Shown here: positions 52,103 through 63,204 of the stretch, piece after piece
Layout: each line of letters begins with the position of its first letter
Numbering within the stretch: the first letter of the stretch is position 1
DNA from: Candidatus Glassbacteria bacterium
Lineage (GTDB): Bacteria > Gemmatimonadota > CAZMKB01
NCBI GenBank assembly: GCA_046760905.1
Contig: JBHIFB010000001.1
Coordinates: forward strand, 38,064 to 102,063
Length of the DNA stretch: 64,000 nt
Reading direction: 5' to 3'
Made by a program: the position numbers and the translations under genes
The notes under the pieces: model-generated
What the model was told of the DNA's origin: nothing
The model's input: the letters and a program-made list of their open reading frames with translations, nothing else
Database searches by the model: none

Positions 52103-53494
52103 CTATTCTCCGAGGAATACCCCTCTTAGATCTTCGGCTGTCATCTCTTCCATCACCCTCTCTCTTCGCCGCGCTTCACGGCTCTCCCATATCAAGCACA
52201 TGAGGATGCCCACAAGCAGGGATAGAGTGAGTGAAACCAACAGGTTGATCGTGGTCTTAGGGTATGCGGGTGTCCTTCGCACCTTCGCTTCGTCTAAAAT
52301 AACGAACCTGGCCCCCTCCTGCTGCTCCTGGAATTTTATTTCCTCGAGCTTTAAAGCCAGAGAATTGTTCAAACGATTCAACATAAGTGATTCTCTCTTG
52401 AGCTTCACAAAGTCATACTGGATCTGGGTGAGATCTTGAAATCCATCTGCCAGATTTTCCACTGCCGTATCAAGAATGTCATTCTTTGAAAGTAGGACCT
52501 CCCTCTTTATTTGAAGATCTATATAGTCTTCCTTCAGCTTGCCAACGATTGGATTGATGGGTTCTGAATAACTATCGAAGATTTTCTCTATCTCTTTTTT
52601 CAGCATGTCTTGCGTCTCTTGTAATGCAGCTCTCAGGGCGATGATCTCGGGATGTTCTTCCGTATATGTCTGTTTTAGTTCAGCGATCCTGATTTCGAGG
52701 CTTGCCGCTTTTGCTCTGAGCTGCAGGACGACCTCATTCGTGCCTAGTGAATGCTCGATGGCATCAGCACCGGCGAGGTTCATTTGCTCGGTCAGTGCTT
52801 CCATCTTTACGCTGTTTTCAAGCATCAGCACTTGAGTGGTGAGTTTCTGAGTACGCAAGTTCGCATCGAGGTTAATGAGCTTCTCGATTTCCTTGTTCAC
52901 TGAAATTACTTCATGATCACCCAGGAAGTGCCTCAACGCCTCCTCTGTGGAATCCGTTCTTGCTCTAACTCGTTCGATTTGATCTTCTATGAAAGTCTTC
53001 AACCTGCCTGCTCCCGCACCTATAGTGGTCGTTGTCTCCAGGAAATGACTCGCAGACTTTGGATAAGTGTTTGCCACCCTTGAAGCGATTTCAGGATCGC
53101 TGTCCCGGACTTTGATCTTGAATATTCCCTCCTTGGACACATCCATGGTGGCGTTTGTCCTGATGGCCTCCGGAGTTCTCCCTGGGATTTCACTTGCAAC
53201 TTTTTCCGCAACTGTCCTTGACAGGAGAATCTGCAGTATGCCCTGTATCGTTACGTTGGATGATATCGGTATCGGGACCCGAGGCCTTACCAGCTCTCTC
53301 GTTTTTCCGGTCAATGCGACTTGCTGTGCCTGATACGTAGGCAGGTAGAAGGTGACCTGAGATTCATAATGCTTCGGGAGCAGGAGAGACAGGAGGAAGC
53401 TGACTGTGAGAGCGGATATCATGATCGCCCCGATCGTTCGCCTCCTACGTTTTATGACATCGATATAATCTGATGGGGTTTTAATTCCTTTCAT
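52103..53494 (-). CDS. polysaccharide co-polymerase (Wzz/GumC-type chain-length determinant), no kinase domain
   Basis: N-terminal transmembrane helix after a basic stretch, a long periplasmic coiled-coil, and a C-terminal transmembrane helix (LLVSLTLSLLVGILMCLI). Confidence 0.65.
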   Translation of the reverse strand: MKGIKTPSDYIDVIKRRRRTIGAIMISALTVSFLLSLLLPKHYESQVTFYLPTYQAQQVALTGKTRELVRPRVPIPISSNVTIQGILQILLSRTVAEKVASEIPGRTPEAIRTNATMDVSKEGIFKIKVRDSDPEIASRVANTYPKSASHFLETTTTIGAGAGRLKTFIEDQIERVRARTDSTEEALRHFLGDHEVISVNKEIEKLINLDANLRTQKLTTQVLMLENSVKMEALTEQMNLAGADAIEHSLGTNEVVLQLRAKAASLEIRIAELKQTYTEEHPEIIALRAALQETQDMLKKEIEKIFDSYSEPINPIVGKLKEDYIDLQIKREVLLSKNDILDTAVENLADGFQDLTQIQYDFVKLKRESLMLNRLNNSLALKLEEIKFQEQQEGARFVILDEAKVRRTPAYPKTTINLLVSLTLSLLVGILMCLIWESREARRRERVMEEMTAEDLRGVFLGE

Positions 53495-53768
53495 AAGATA
53501 TCTCCTGATGATAGGATCTCCCTAGTATAAAGATGGATTTTAGCCCGTATCACTGTATGCCTCTTTAAAATCGTATCAATTCAGATTTCAGTAAAATAAA
53601 GTTCGGACATGGATATTTGTTCCTCTGAAACAAAAAAAATAAATCATTTACAAAATTTAGCAATATTTGTGCCTCTTTTGTTTTTCAATGGTTCTTCCCA
53701 TGGATTTCCGTGGCATTTCAAATGGCAACGGCCAATCTCCATGCAATCGCAGGTTTGTGTAGAGTCAT

Positions 53769-55721
53769 TCAGCGTCTTACCCGTACGGTGGTTGAGTTGA
53801 ACATCGGGCCCTTTCCGAGCTTTTGATGTTCATCGGATGTTATGCTGTTCATCGGTTCGCCTCCGAGCGATATCAACTGGCGGGGAGACCAGAGAACGCC
53901 TTTGGGGACCTCCGGTGTCACTTTCACCCTCAGCCTGATGCTACCAAGGTCGTTTTGTACCGTTACTTCGTCACTTTCTTCTATCCCAAGACGGCTAGCA
54001 TCGGGAGGGCTCATCATGAGAAATGGGGGTATTGGTCCGTATTCCCCCCTGAATTGCGTATTGGTGTAATTCCGGCTGGCGGTATTGAGTAAGAAGAACT
54101 CGTCGGGTCCGGCTTTCAGGGGACGGTGCCTCGGCAGCGGCCCGAACCCCTGTCTCTGTGCCATCTCCGAATAGAATTCAAGCTTTCCGGATGGTGTCCT
54201 GTATCTTTCCGGTGGTTTTGGAACGAGGTGGAGATCTTTGCCCGCCTTCAAATCCTTTAAGGACCCGTCCTCGATTGCGCCATCGAGCGCCTTCTCGAGT
54301 GCCTTCAGAGGCTCCTCATACAGCCACTCATCATGAAGATTCAATCTCCTCGCCAGCTCCCTCATCACCCACACCTCATCCCTGCTATCTCCCAGGGGCT
54401 CGATCGCCTTCCGTGACAGGCGGATGTGACGGTGCGACCAGGGTATGACGAGATCGTCTTTCTCCAGAAAGGTAGGAGCGGGCAGTACAACATCAGCGTA
54501 GTCTGTTGTTTCCGTCCAATGCGTCTCATGAACAGCCGTGAAAATGTCTCCGGCTGAGAGCCTGTGCCGGAAGTCAGTCTGGTTCGGCAGGGTGAGGGCC
54601 GGGTTCATGCTGTATATGAAGAGGAACCTGAACTCTCCCTTACTCAAGGTTGTGCTCAAAGAGACCTGGCTGGTGATTTTCGACACCCCACCGGTTAGGG
54701 ATTGGCCGGTGAGGTACTCACTGTCGATGATGTACGCACGCCCGTTGGTGTATAGGAAACCACGGTACTGTCCTCTCAGGGCAGGGATTAAAGAAACCGC
54801 CCTCACGAGATCTGCCCCGTTGTAATTCTTTTGCAATCCGATCCCAATCAAAGTTGCGCTCTGGTTCGATTCCGCATAGGCCTTGCCTAGCTCACAGACT
54901 TTAGTCCATTCCAATCCTGTCTCCTCACAGATCCTTTCGGGTGACCATGAGAGGGCCTCTTCCCTTAGCTTTTCGAATCCGATCGTTTTCTCATTGATGA
55001 AGTCGAGATCGACATGGCCGTTCATGATAAGGTAACGATATACCCCCATCGCCAACGCCACATCACTCCCAGGTGCGGGGCGTATCCAGAGGTCTGCACC
55101 TTTCGCAGATTGACTCTGCCTGGGGTCGATCGTAATGATCACCGCACCGTTTTTCTTCCGCGCTTCGGTCGCAAGGGACCACAGGTGGGGTGAGCTCACA
55201 GGAGCATTAAACCCCCAGAAGATAATGGGATCAGCTATGTTGATTTCTTCGGGTTGGATTCCGTAGCTCTCACCATAGTGAAATGAGAGCCCAGCGTGGC
55301 CTGAAGTACTGCATATCGCATAGTCCGTTGATACTGCCCCGATAGCGTTCCAAAGCCTGTGAGGGAATAGCAGAGAAAACACTCCCTGGTTCCCGGCATA
55401 ATCCAAAAGCAGAACCGAATCGCTTCCATGCTCATCGATCGTCTCAACAAGCCTTCGGGCGATCATATCAAGCGCTTCAGTCCAGGTTGCTTTCCTGAAT
55501 CCTCTTCCGGGTTTTCCTCCCGTACGGACATGTGGATAGAGCACCCTGTCTTGGTAGACTCTGACAGCGTCCTTGTTTCCTCTCGGGCAGGTAAATCCCC
55601 GGGTTATGGGATTGGATGGGTCACCTTTTACCGATCTCACCTTCCCATCATCATCGACTGTGACTATCATGAAACAGGAATCGTAGCAATCCCTGGAACA
55701 CACTGTTCTTACCGTTCTCAT
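53769..55721 (-). CDS. molybdopterin (bis-MGD) oxidoreductase catalytic subunit, cytoplasmic, with N-terminal Fe-S Cys cluster
   Basis: N-terminus CSRDCYDSC...TCPRG and internal molybdopterin dinucleotide-binding regions. 650 aa. No twin-arginine signal. No partner subunits nearby. Confidence 0.8.
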   Translation of the reverse strand: MRTVRTVCSRDCYDSCFMIVTVDDDGKVRSVKGDPSNPITRGFTCPRGNKDAVRVYQDRVLYPHVRTGGKPGRGFRKATWTEALDMIARRLVETIDEHGSDSVLLLDYAGNQGVFSLLFPHRLWNAIGAVSTDYAICSTSGHAGLSFHYGESYGIQPEEINIADPIIFWGFNAPVSSPHLWSLATEARKKNGAVIITIDPRQSQSAKGADLWIRPAPGSDVALAMGVYRYLIMNGHVDLDFINEKTIGFEKLREEALSWSPERICEETGLEWTKVCELGKAYAESNQSATLIGIGLQKNYNGADLVRAVSLIPALRGQYRGFLYTNGRAYIIDSEYLTGQSLTGGVSKITSQVSLSTTLSKGEFRFLFIYSMNPALTLPNQTDFRHRLSAGDIFTAVHETHWTETTDYADVVLPAPTFLEKDDLVIPWSHRHIRLSRKAIEPLGDSRDEVWVMRELARRLNLHDEWLYEEPLKALEKALDGAIEDGSLKDLKAGKDLHLVPKPPERYRTPSGKLEFYSEMAQRQGFGPLPRHRPLKAGPDEFFLLNTASRNYTNTQFRGEYGPIPPFLMMSPPDASRLGIEESDEVTVQNDLGSIRLRVKVTPEVPKGVLWSPRQLISLGGEPMNSITSDEHQKLGKGPMFNSTTVRVRR

Positions 55722-56035
55722 AGAAATTCTCTAATTAAACCGATCCGATCCGCTAGATCCCCTTTAGACCGTCAAGATTTTCAGGACAACTCCCCCTTCC
55801 AGCTCCTAGGGAGAAGATCCCGGAAAAGTAACCAGAATCTTAATCACATCCGGAGCTATCTCGGTTAGCACAGCCTCCAGTGCGGGCGTAAGAATCGTTC
55901 TTCGCTTCGTCAAGTATCCCCATATATGTGAGGGTCATGGTTGTTGAAGGACCATTATGCGGAATATCGGCAATACACAGTTTTAAAGCAATAACGTAAT
56001 TGGGGAGAGTCTCGATATTCGGTTTACAGCGCTTA

Positions 56036-57019
56036 TCAAATCATCCTCTTTATATCACTCTTACTCTTCAATTTTTCAAGGAGGGCTTCCATCTTCTCGC
56101 TGGTCTGTCCTCTCTTCAAAGTTTGTTCGATCGATTCCTCGACCTCTTCAAAGCTAGAGTAGCCGGCTCCTTTTCTATCGTAGACTTTTATGATGTGATA
56201 ACCATAATTTGTCCGGACAACCCCGCTCACCTCTCCCACCTTCAATGCGAACGCCGCTTCCTCGAAGGGTTTCACCATTTTTCCGCGTGAAAAATATCCC
56301 AGGTCCCCACCCTTTACCGAGCTGGGACAATCGGAGTATTCCGTGGCCAGAGTTGAGAAATCTTCTCCGTTATTGATCCTTGCGAGCAAGTCATCTATTC
56401 GGTTCTTTTTGCTCTCAATAGAGTCGGGCGGTTCATCCTTGTCCACCTGAATCAGGATGTGTTTGGCCCCCACCTGCTCGTCGTGTTTGAACTCCTCTCT
56501 GTGTTCTTCGAAATACGCAGCTTTCTCTTCAGGAGTTACCTTGGTCTTATTCGTGATATTCTCCTCGATGTAGTTTGTTATAGCTACACTGCGGGAGACC
56601 TGGTGTCTTAATTTCTCTTCTGATAAGCCCTGTTTCGCCAAAGCTTCGTTGAATATCTCCTCACTCGGATACTGGCTCTTTATGTTCGCAAGTTCACGGG
56701 AAAGTTCATCCTCAGAAACTTCAAATCCCACTTTCTGGCTTTCCTGGTAGAGGAGCTCGGTCGATATCATCGTCTCGAGTATTTGATTTCGCAGCGAGTC
56801 CACTTTGGTAGAATCGAACTGCATGCCGAATGCCTTGTACCGTTCGATAAGGCCATCTAACGTAGTCTGAAGATCCTCCATGGGGATCACCGCCCCGTTG
56901 ACAATGGCGGCCGCTTCTATCCCCGCATCTTGCGACTTCGATGAACACCCTGTTATTTGAATGGCCGCCACCGGAAGGATCAATAACGACGCAAGCAACG
57001 ACACTCTCATCAATTTCAT
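56036..57019 (-). CDS. parvulin-type peptidyl-prolyl cis-trans isomerase (SurA/PrsA-like), lipoprotein
   Basis: Lipobox-like ITGCS. Parvulin domain FSTLATEYSDCPSSVKGGDLGYFSRG...YGYHIIKV. Confidence 0.8.
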   Translation of the reverse strand: MKLMRVSLLASLLILPVAAIQITGCSSKSQDAGIEAAAIVNGAVIPMEDLQTTLDGLIERYKAFGMQFDSTKVDSLRNQILETMISTELLYQESQKVGFEVSEDELSRELANIKSQYPSEEIFNEALAKQGLSEEKLRHQVSRSVAITNYIEENITNKTKVTPEEKAAYFEEHREEFKHDEQVGAKHILIQVDKDEPPDSIESKKNRIDDLLARINNGEDFSTLATEYSDCPSSVKGGDLGYFSRGKMVKPFEEAAFALKVGEVSGVVRTNYGYHIIKVYDRKGAGYSSFEEVEESIEQTLKRGQTSEKMEALLEKLKSKSDIKRMI

Positions 57020-57184
57020 TTGATCTCCTCCTGAGAATTATGATCCAAGGGAGCCGTCAATGTATGCAATCCACATCTCCCCCAGAGGAGGCGAGAGTCG
57101 GGAAAGGACATAATTGAAGACTTGTTATTTGACATGAATTTACACACTTGTCTGATGGAAGTCAATGTAGCCGATGGATGCCTT

Positions 57185-59338
57185 TCATCGTATGTATCCA
57201 AGAGCCCTCAGGTCCCGCAGCGTAGCTTCATTCAGATCGGGGAGAGATTCCTGATCAAGATCCTTCACTTCCACTGAATGTTTCCAATCCTCTATGGCTG
57301 TCAGCAGATTGTTTGATTTCTCTTTATCTGCCTCAATTAAGTTGTTGACTTCATCCGCATCCTTCAAAATATCATACATCTCATGTCTGTTGCTTTCGGA
57401 AAATATGAACTTGTAATTCTCCTCAATGAGTGAAGTGAGCCGTTCGTAGAAGCGGCCATTATACGTGTTTTTATAGTTCGGCCCCACGTAGTGTTCCGAT
57501 ATAATAGGATGCCGGATTTCCTGAATCAAAGCCCCGCCCTGCACACCGCCGGGGATCGGGATGTCGAGTATTTTCAATATAGTGGGCATGATATCGATCG
57601 TCTGGACAGGTTTATGGGTGTCAACATCCCAGTCGATGTTTCCAGGCGCGTGTATGATGTGCGGAACCCTGAGGACAGGTTCGTAGAGGCCGACACTGTG
57701 TCCGAAGAGTTTCTTCTCACCCAGGTATTCTCCGTGGTCGCTGGTTATAACTATGATACTCCGCTCATAGAGACCTTTGGACTTCAACCATACGAACAGC
57801 TCTCCCAGATTTTCATCCAGATATGCGATCTCGCCATCATACTGGGATTCCAGGTGATGTATCTGTTCTTCGGAAACTTCTTCATGGTTCTCACCGAACA
57901 GATGGATGTCTACATGGAATCTTTCTATCTTTCCGGGGAACATTCGTTGATATTCCGGGGGTGGGATATAGGGATCATGAGCATCCATATAGTTGATGAA
58001 CATGAAGAATGGTGTATCACTGTGGATGTTGATCCACCTGAACACCTTATCATTGATGTCTTTCGCTATCCTGAAGGGGGAAAGGTAAGGCCTAACACGA
58101 TTCTGGAGCAGGTTCGATTTCATGAGAATTGTATATGTCACCGGCTTGTACCTGAAGGGGGGACTGTTATAGAAGTAGTCGAAACCCTGATCGAGTCCGA
58201 ATATACCAGAAACACAAGTGTGATTGGATACTACCGCAGCGGTCCGATAGCCTTGCTCGTGAAGGACCTCTGCGAGCGTCACCTCCTCATTTCCCAGAGG
58301 GAAGCTGAAGAAAGGGTTTATGCGTTCATCCTTCAGGAGAGAATCACCGATGGCTTTGTGCGCTCCATGAGAGATGGAATATCTCCCGGTAAAGATCGAA
58401 GCGTGACCGGGGACTGTCCAGTTTGCAGTGGAGTAGCAGTTTTCGAATTTCATAGAAGACTGGCTGAAATCATCCAGCTGCGGACTCGTCTTGCGGTTAT
58501 AGCCATAGCAGGAGAGATGATCAGAGCGTACGGTATCTAATACGATAAGAATGACATTGGGGCGGTCTTTGCCCGGAAGTTTCCCGGGAACAGGGATCCT
58601 CCGGCTGCGGTGCTCGGCGAGGAACCAGTATGACGAAAATAGCAGAATGTAAAAAAGCATGTAACTGAAGAATATCTTGAGAGCGATGTATCTTGCTGAG
58701 CTTCGCCGGCTGAGAAACCTCTTCATGAGATCTGTGACCGGGAACGAAAGGAGAAAACAAGCGACGCTGGCTATAAACAAAGTAAAGATCTGGAATATGA
58801 CATGGCTGTAAACGACCTCGTATGGTTTCTGGTAATGTATGCTCAAAAGGGCGACACAGAATGTAGTGAGTAGAAGCCCAAATATCAGTTTCATCCTCGG
58901 CAGGTCCGGCCATCGTGTCTGCATGCGTGAGATGAGTGAGAACAGAAACAGGCAGAGAAGCGCCCACAGGCAATCAATCAGTATGCTTGGGGTTTCCGAT
59001 ATCCTGCGGCCGAACATGAACAGATAATTTATGATTATTCCGCCCTGGATTATAATGATTAATAAGGGGATGAGCAGAAGCATACAGGACTCTTTCCTGG
59101 AATCAGAAAGAAGTATTCTACCGAGACTCCCTACGATTGGGGACATGATCCACGACAGTGTCCCCAGTAATGCTCCCATTGATGCTGAAATCAAAGCGGT
59201 GAGAATAATGACATCGCAAAAATACTGATCGTTCACAAGAAGGGCGACAGTCGATTCGACGGCAAAGAGTACGAGGCCACATAAAACTCCGAAAAACATG
59301 CCCATAAATATGCCGGAATAATCTGATCGAGTCTTCAT
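57185..59338 (-). CDS. polytopic membrane sulfatase-like hydrolase/transferase (LtaS/OpgB-like architecture)
   Basis: About 250-aa multi-transmembrane N-terminus followed by PNVILIVLDTVRSDHLSCYGY and a C-terminal ITSDHGE. Confidence 0.75.
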   Translation of the reverse strand: MKTRSDYSGIFMGMFFGVLCGLVLFAVESTVALLVNDQYFCDVIILTALISASMGALLGTLSWIMSPIVGSLGRILLSDSRKESCMLLLIPLLIIIIQGGIIINYLFMFGRRISETPSILIDCLWALLCLFLFSLISRMQTRWPDLPRMKLIFGLLLTTFCVALLSIHYQKPYEVVYSHVIFQIFTLFIASVACFLLSFPVTDLMKRFLSRRSSARYIALKIFFSYMLFYILLFSSYWFLAEHRSRRIPVPGKLPGKDRPNVILIVLDTVRSDHLSCYGYNRKTSPQLDDFSQSSMKFENCYSTANWTVPGHASIFTGRYSISHGAHKAIGDSLLKDERINPFFSFPLGNEEVTLAEVLHEQGYRTAAVVSNHTCVSGIFGLDQGFDYFYNSPPFRYKPVTYTILMKSNLLQNRVRPYLSPFRIAKDINDKVFRWINIHSDTPFFMFINYMDAHDPYIPPPEYQRMFPGKIERFHVDIHLFGENHEEVSEEQIHHLESQYDGEIAYLDENLGELFVWLKSKGLYERSIIVITSDHGEYLGEKKLFGHSVGLYEPVLRVPHIIHAPGNIDWDVDTHKPVQTIDIMPTILKILDIPIPGGVQGGALIQEIRHPIISEHYVGPNYKNTYNGRFYERLTSLIEENYKFIFSESNRHEMYDILKDADEVNNLIEADKEKSNNLLTAIEDWKHSVEVKDLDQESLPDLNEATLRDLRALGYIR

Positions 59339-59793
59339 CGGGCCTTCTGTCCAAAAGTTCTTTCCAGCATGACAGGTAGAATGTTAAAGCCACAGTCTGT
59401 ACTTGTCAATTTATACCGGATGGGACTTATCAAAAAGAGCACGGGTAAGGCTAAAGTATCTATCAGCTTAGGAGGGATTTAAAATCGTGCTCTGGGCGTC
59501 AGGCAGATGAAATTATTACCTGTCAAGGAGGAAGTTTTTGACTTCCCTTAAATCGGGAGAGAGTAAGTTTCCTCGGGTTAGATGCCTCATGCCGGGGCAA
59601 GTCGTGGGAGTGGTAAATCCGGGGGGCTTTAGGCCGACAAATGAAAATTTCGGCACAGGAATTGCCATTTAAGATTGTGTTTGGAAAGAATGCTAAGATT
59701 AATCATAGGCTAAACTTGAAAAGACATGCGGTTTTTTTAACTTTTCATTGACTTGTGACTCTCTTGAAGGGAGTTATTAAGGGGAAGGTGAAG

Positions 59794-60558
59794 ATGGTTC
59801 ATTCGAGAATATTCCTATTTCACATTGCAGTTTGCGCTGTTCTGCTTACCTGTAAATGCGGGGGGAACCAGATCAATTCGCATCCATCTGATCCAACCGC
59901 AGTTTCAGGAAAATCCGCCCAGGATACGCTGATCGATCTGGAGGAGATGACATCCGAATACAAACTCGGATTCGGAGATCTCATCGAGATAAAGTTTTTC
60001 TACAATCCTGAACTCAATCAGGAACTCATAGTAAGGCCCGATGGGCGGATCACCCTGCCGAGGCTCGGTGATCTGTTCGTCGTAGGCCTTACACCTTCTG
60101 AAATAGATGAAATAATCACAGCGAAGTATTCCGAAATAATAAGAGATCCCGACATTACAGTTATTGTGAAATCCTTTGCGAGCCAGGTCGTATACGTCCT
60201 GGGAGAGGTAAACATGCCGGGAGGCTATGATCTTGTGGTGAACATGACTACCCTACAGTCGATAGCCCTTGCAGGTGGATTTACAAAGAATGCCAATCCG
60301 AAGAGCGTGATACTGATACGGTCAAAGGGCAAAGTTGCCGAAGCTGAACGGATAAACATGTCGAAGGTCATAGATTCGGGGAACCTAACTGGAGACCATG
60401 TGCTCAGACCCTTTGACGTGGTGTATGTACCGAACAGGTTTATCGACCGTGTGGACCTTTTCATGGAGAAGTATTTCGAGGGACTTCTTCCCCCATTCAA
60501 CCTTTATTTGAGAGGATATGATTCCGTCTATCCCAGGCGTTCGATAAGAGTACGATGA
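59794..60558 (+). CDS. polysaccharide export protein (Wza/KpsD family: Poly_export + SLBB)
   Basis: LGFGDLIEIKFFYNPELN...RPDGRITLP...LTPSEIDEII carries the Poly_export signature. ATG at 59794 after a GGGGAAGG RBS. Confidence 0.8.
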   Translation: MVHSRIFLFHIAVCAVLLTCKCGGNQINSHPSDPTAVSGKSAQDTLIDLEEMTSEYKLGFGDLIEIKFFYNPELNQELIVRPDGRITLPRLGDLFVVGLTPSEIDEIITAKYSEIIRDPDITVIVKSFASQVVYVLGEVNMPGGYDLVVNMTTLQSIALAGGFTKNANPKSVILIRSKGKVAEAERINMSKVIDSGNLTGDHVLRPFDVVYVPNRFIDRVDLFMEKYFEGLLPPFNLYLRGYDSVYPRRSIRVR

Positions 60559-60564
60559 GATGAG

Positions 60565-62031
60565 GTGACCCATATGCAAATGGAAGAATTCTCATTTAGC
60601 GAAGTCGTTGATATCCTGAAAAGAAACTCGAAATCAATCTACCGCTGGATCATTGGGATTACGATAGCCGGAGTGCTTGTGGCATATCTGTATCCACCGA
60701 CATACGAGGCATCTTCAAAGGTGATCGTGAAAAGGGCGGGTCAGAACATCAGCCTTTCCGATCAGGCTTATGATCCGAACAACGTAAGGGTCACCATGGA
60801 GGATCAGATAAACACTGAGATGGAAATAATTCGAAGCCGGCCCGTTCTCGAGAGGGTGGCTGAAAGACTCGAGCTACAGCCCGGTAAAACGGCAGAGGCA
60901 ACAAGCTCGTTTATCAGAACAGCAAAGGAAAAAGTCACTCAAGCATTCGGCGCAGTGTTGCGTTCTCTGGACCTGAGGCCGGAGGTTTCTGCGGTGGATG
61001 CCCTCTGTATAGAGCTTAACGACAACCTCACCCTCAATCCGATTCTCGACTCCTCAGTGATCGAGATAATCGCGTCTGCAGATTCGCCGGAGATAGCAGC
61101 TGCCCGTGCAAACTTGATCACTGAAGAGTATATGAAGTGGCATCTGGAAGTATACAGGGGTAAAGGTGCTTCTCAGTTTTACAATGAGCAGCTTGTTGAA
61201 ACGAAGGCGAAGCTTGAGAGGCTTGAGGATGAGCTTGCAAGCTACAAGGAGAAGGAGGGGCTTGTTTCCATAGAAGAGACTAAGGCGAACCTGCTCGAGC
61301 AGCTCTCATTACTGAACACATCATTCAGTGAACTCGAGAAAGAGATTATCAGTGAGGAATCGAATCTCAGGATCATAAAAGCACAGGTGAAAGCGGATGG
61401 GGACAGACTCATTCCAACCCTTGAAATAGGGGAGATACCCTGGATACAGGAAGCCAGGAACAACCTGATGGAACTCGAACTGAAAAGGAACGAATTGGAG
61501 CAGAAATACACGATGACCCATCGGGAGCTATTAAACCTCGAGGGAGAAATCAAGCTCACTCGTGATTTTATCAGAAGCGAGGTTCAGAAGGTGATTGAAT
61601 TGAAGGAGGTAGGCCTCAGGGGCCTTAAGACGGAGAGGAGTGCTCTTAAAAAGGTTATAGATGACATTCAGGCCCGGATCAACGAGCTGCCAAAAAAGGA
61701 GCTTATAATAAGAAGGTATGAGCGAGCCATAGACGATACAAAGGAGATATTCGGTAGCCTGTCCCTGAAGATGGAAGAATCCAATATTACAGAATCTTCC
61801 GACGAAAGAGTCGTGAACATAAAATTAATAAGCAAGGCGCATCCTCCCCCCGCCCCGGCCTTCCCCAACAAGATACTCACCATTTTCATTTCACCTTTTC
61901 TCGGTATGATATGCGGTATCACACTTGCTATTATAAAAGAGCTCGGGTCCAGGCGCTTGACCGAAGAGAAGGAAGGTGGAGAAGGGGTCGGTGTCCCGGT
62001 TGCTTCTGATCTTACCGAGCAGAGAAGCTGA
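60565..62031 (+). CDS. polysaccharide co-polymerase (Wzz/GumC-type), second copy
   Basis: N-terminal transmembrane helix (WIIGITIAGVLVAYL), long coiled-coil, and a C-terminal transmembrane helix (ILTIFISPFLGMICGITLAII). Confidence 0.65.
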   Translation: MTHMQMEEFSFSEVVDILKRNSKSIYRWIIGITIAGVLVAYLYPPTYEASSKVIVKRAGQNISLSDQAYDPNNVRVTMEDQINTEMEIIRSRPVLERVAERLELQPGKTAEATSSFIRTAKEKVTQAFGAVLRSLDLRPEVSAVDALCIELNDNLTLNPILDSSVIEIIASADSPEIAAARANLITEEYMKWHLEVYRGKGASQFYNEQLVETKAKLERLEDELASYKEKEGLVSIEETKANLLEQLSLLNTSFSELEKEIISEESNLRIIKAQVKADGDRLIPTLEIGEIPWIQEARNNLMELELKRNELEQKYTMTHRELLNLEGEIKLTRDFIRSEVQKVIELKEVGLRGLKTERSALKKVIDDIQARINELPKKELIIRRYERAIDDTKEIFGSLSLKMEESNITESSDERVVNIKLISKAHPPPAPAFPNKILTIFISPFLGMICGITLAIIKELGSRRLTEEKEGGEGVGVPVASDLTEQRS

Positions 62032-62075
62032 GTTTTTATACTCGAAGCAGAAGATGGAGATTTTCTCATCCTCAG

Positions 62076-63203
62076 GTGAAGAGAATGCATGACACCTGTG
62101 CAGTATATCAGACAAGTGGAACAGGCAACTTCGAGATTAAGAAGATGACGGAAGAGGACAAAAACGATGTCCTGGAGCTCGTGAAGTCGGTTTGGGGAGA
62201 GGATCTCACAAGGAGCAAGATGATCCAGTGGGAGTGGCTCTACGGGAGGAACCCGAATAATCCTCCCGAAGGTCCGAGAGCCATGATAGTGAGGGACGCC
62301 GGGAAGGTTGTCGGCCTGTTCAGATGTATCCCTGCACCTTTGAAGATCGGGAATCGATATTTCATGAACGACTGGAACGTGGATCTTATGATCCATCCTG
62401 ATTACAGAGGGAAGAGGCTCGCACTGGATCTTGCGCACGCTCTTCTCAGCGAGGGCGACGTGAATACGGGCCTTCCCCTCACAAACTCCCCCACTTACAG
62501 GATACTCACTAAACTGAATGGGCGGTTCATCGACGTGGCCCCATTCCATCAGATAATCCGGCCGATAAGGATGCACATATACGCCAAGTCAGTCCTAAAG
62601 CTACCCGGCATATATCATGTGTTCGCCGCAATGTTGAAACTCTACTATATCTTGATTGTTGACAGGAGGGGGCAGGAGCCGGATCGGACGCTAATTGTTG
62701 AGGAGATCGGCAGATTCGACAGCTCTTTCGAAGATTTCTGGGAGAAGGTACAGCAGGACTACCCTGTAATCATCAAGCGTGATCCACGGTATCTGAACTG
62801 GAAATTCATAGAGAGGCCAGACTGCAAATATACTGTTTTCAGGGCGGTGCGGGAGAGGGAGCTCGCAGGTTATGTGGTGGTGAGAAGCGATGAACGGTTC
62901 GGCGTCAGGACGGGTTTTATAGTTGACATCCTAACCCGGCGTGATGATGTGAGAGCGATCGATGCACTCCTCTCGAGAGCGATCCAGAAGCTGAGAGATG
63001 ACGGAGCAGACCAGATCAGCGCCCAGGCCTTCTTTGTCGCCACATTCAAACGATCGTTCAGAAGAGCGGGTTTTATCAAGAAGCCGAGCAGGAGAGTGAG
63101 GAGGATCGTGCTTACCATAAACAACGATTCAGTGCCTAGAGATGTGCTTATTAATCCCAAAAACTGGTTCATAACCCGAAACTATGCTCATCAGGAGATG
63201 TAG
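62076..63203 (+). CDS. GNAT-fold acetyltransferase (FemAB/Acetyltransf_6-like)
   Basis: GNAT core around HPDYRGKRLALDL. About 375 aa, a size typical of EPS-locus FemAB-like acyltransferases. Confidence 0.5.
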   Translation: MKRMHDTCAVYQTSGTGNFEIKKMTEEDKNDVLELVKSVWGEDLTRSKMIQWEWLYGRNPNNPPEGPRAMIVRDAGKVVGLFRCIPAPLKIGNRYFMNDWNVDLMIHPDYRGKRLALDLAHALLSEGDVNTGLPLTNSPTYRILTKLNGRFIDVAPFHQIIRPIRMHIYAKSVLKLPGIYHVFAAMLKLYYILIVDRRGQEPDRTLIVEEIGRFDSSFEDFWEKVQQDYPVIIKRDPRYLNWKFIERPDCKYTVFRAVRERELAGYVVVRSDERFGVRTGFIVDILTRRDDVRAIDALLSRAIQKLRDDGADQISAQAFFVATFKRSFRRAGFIKKPSRRVRRIVLTINNDSVPRDVLINPKNWFITRNYAHQEM

Positions 63204-63204
63204 A

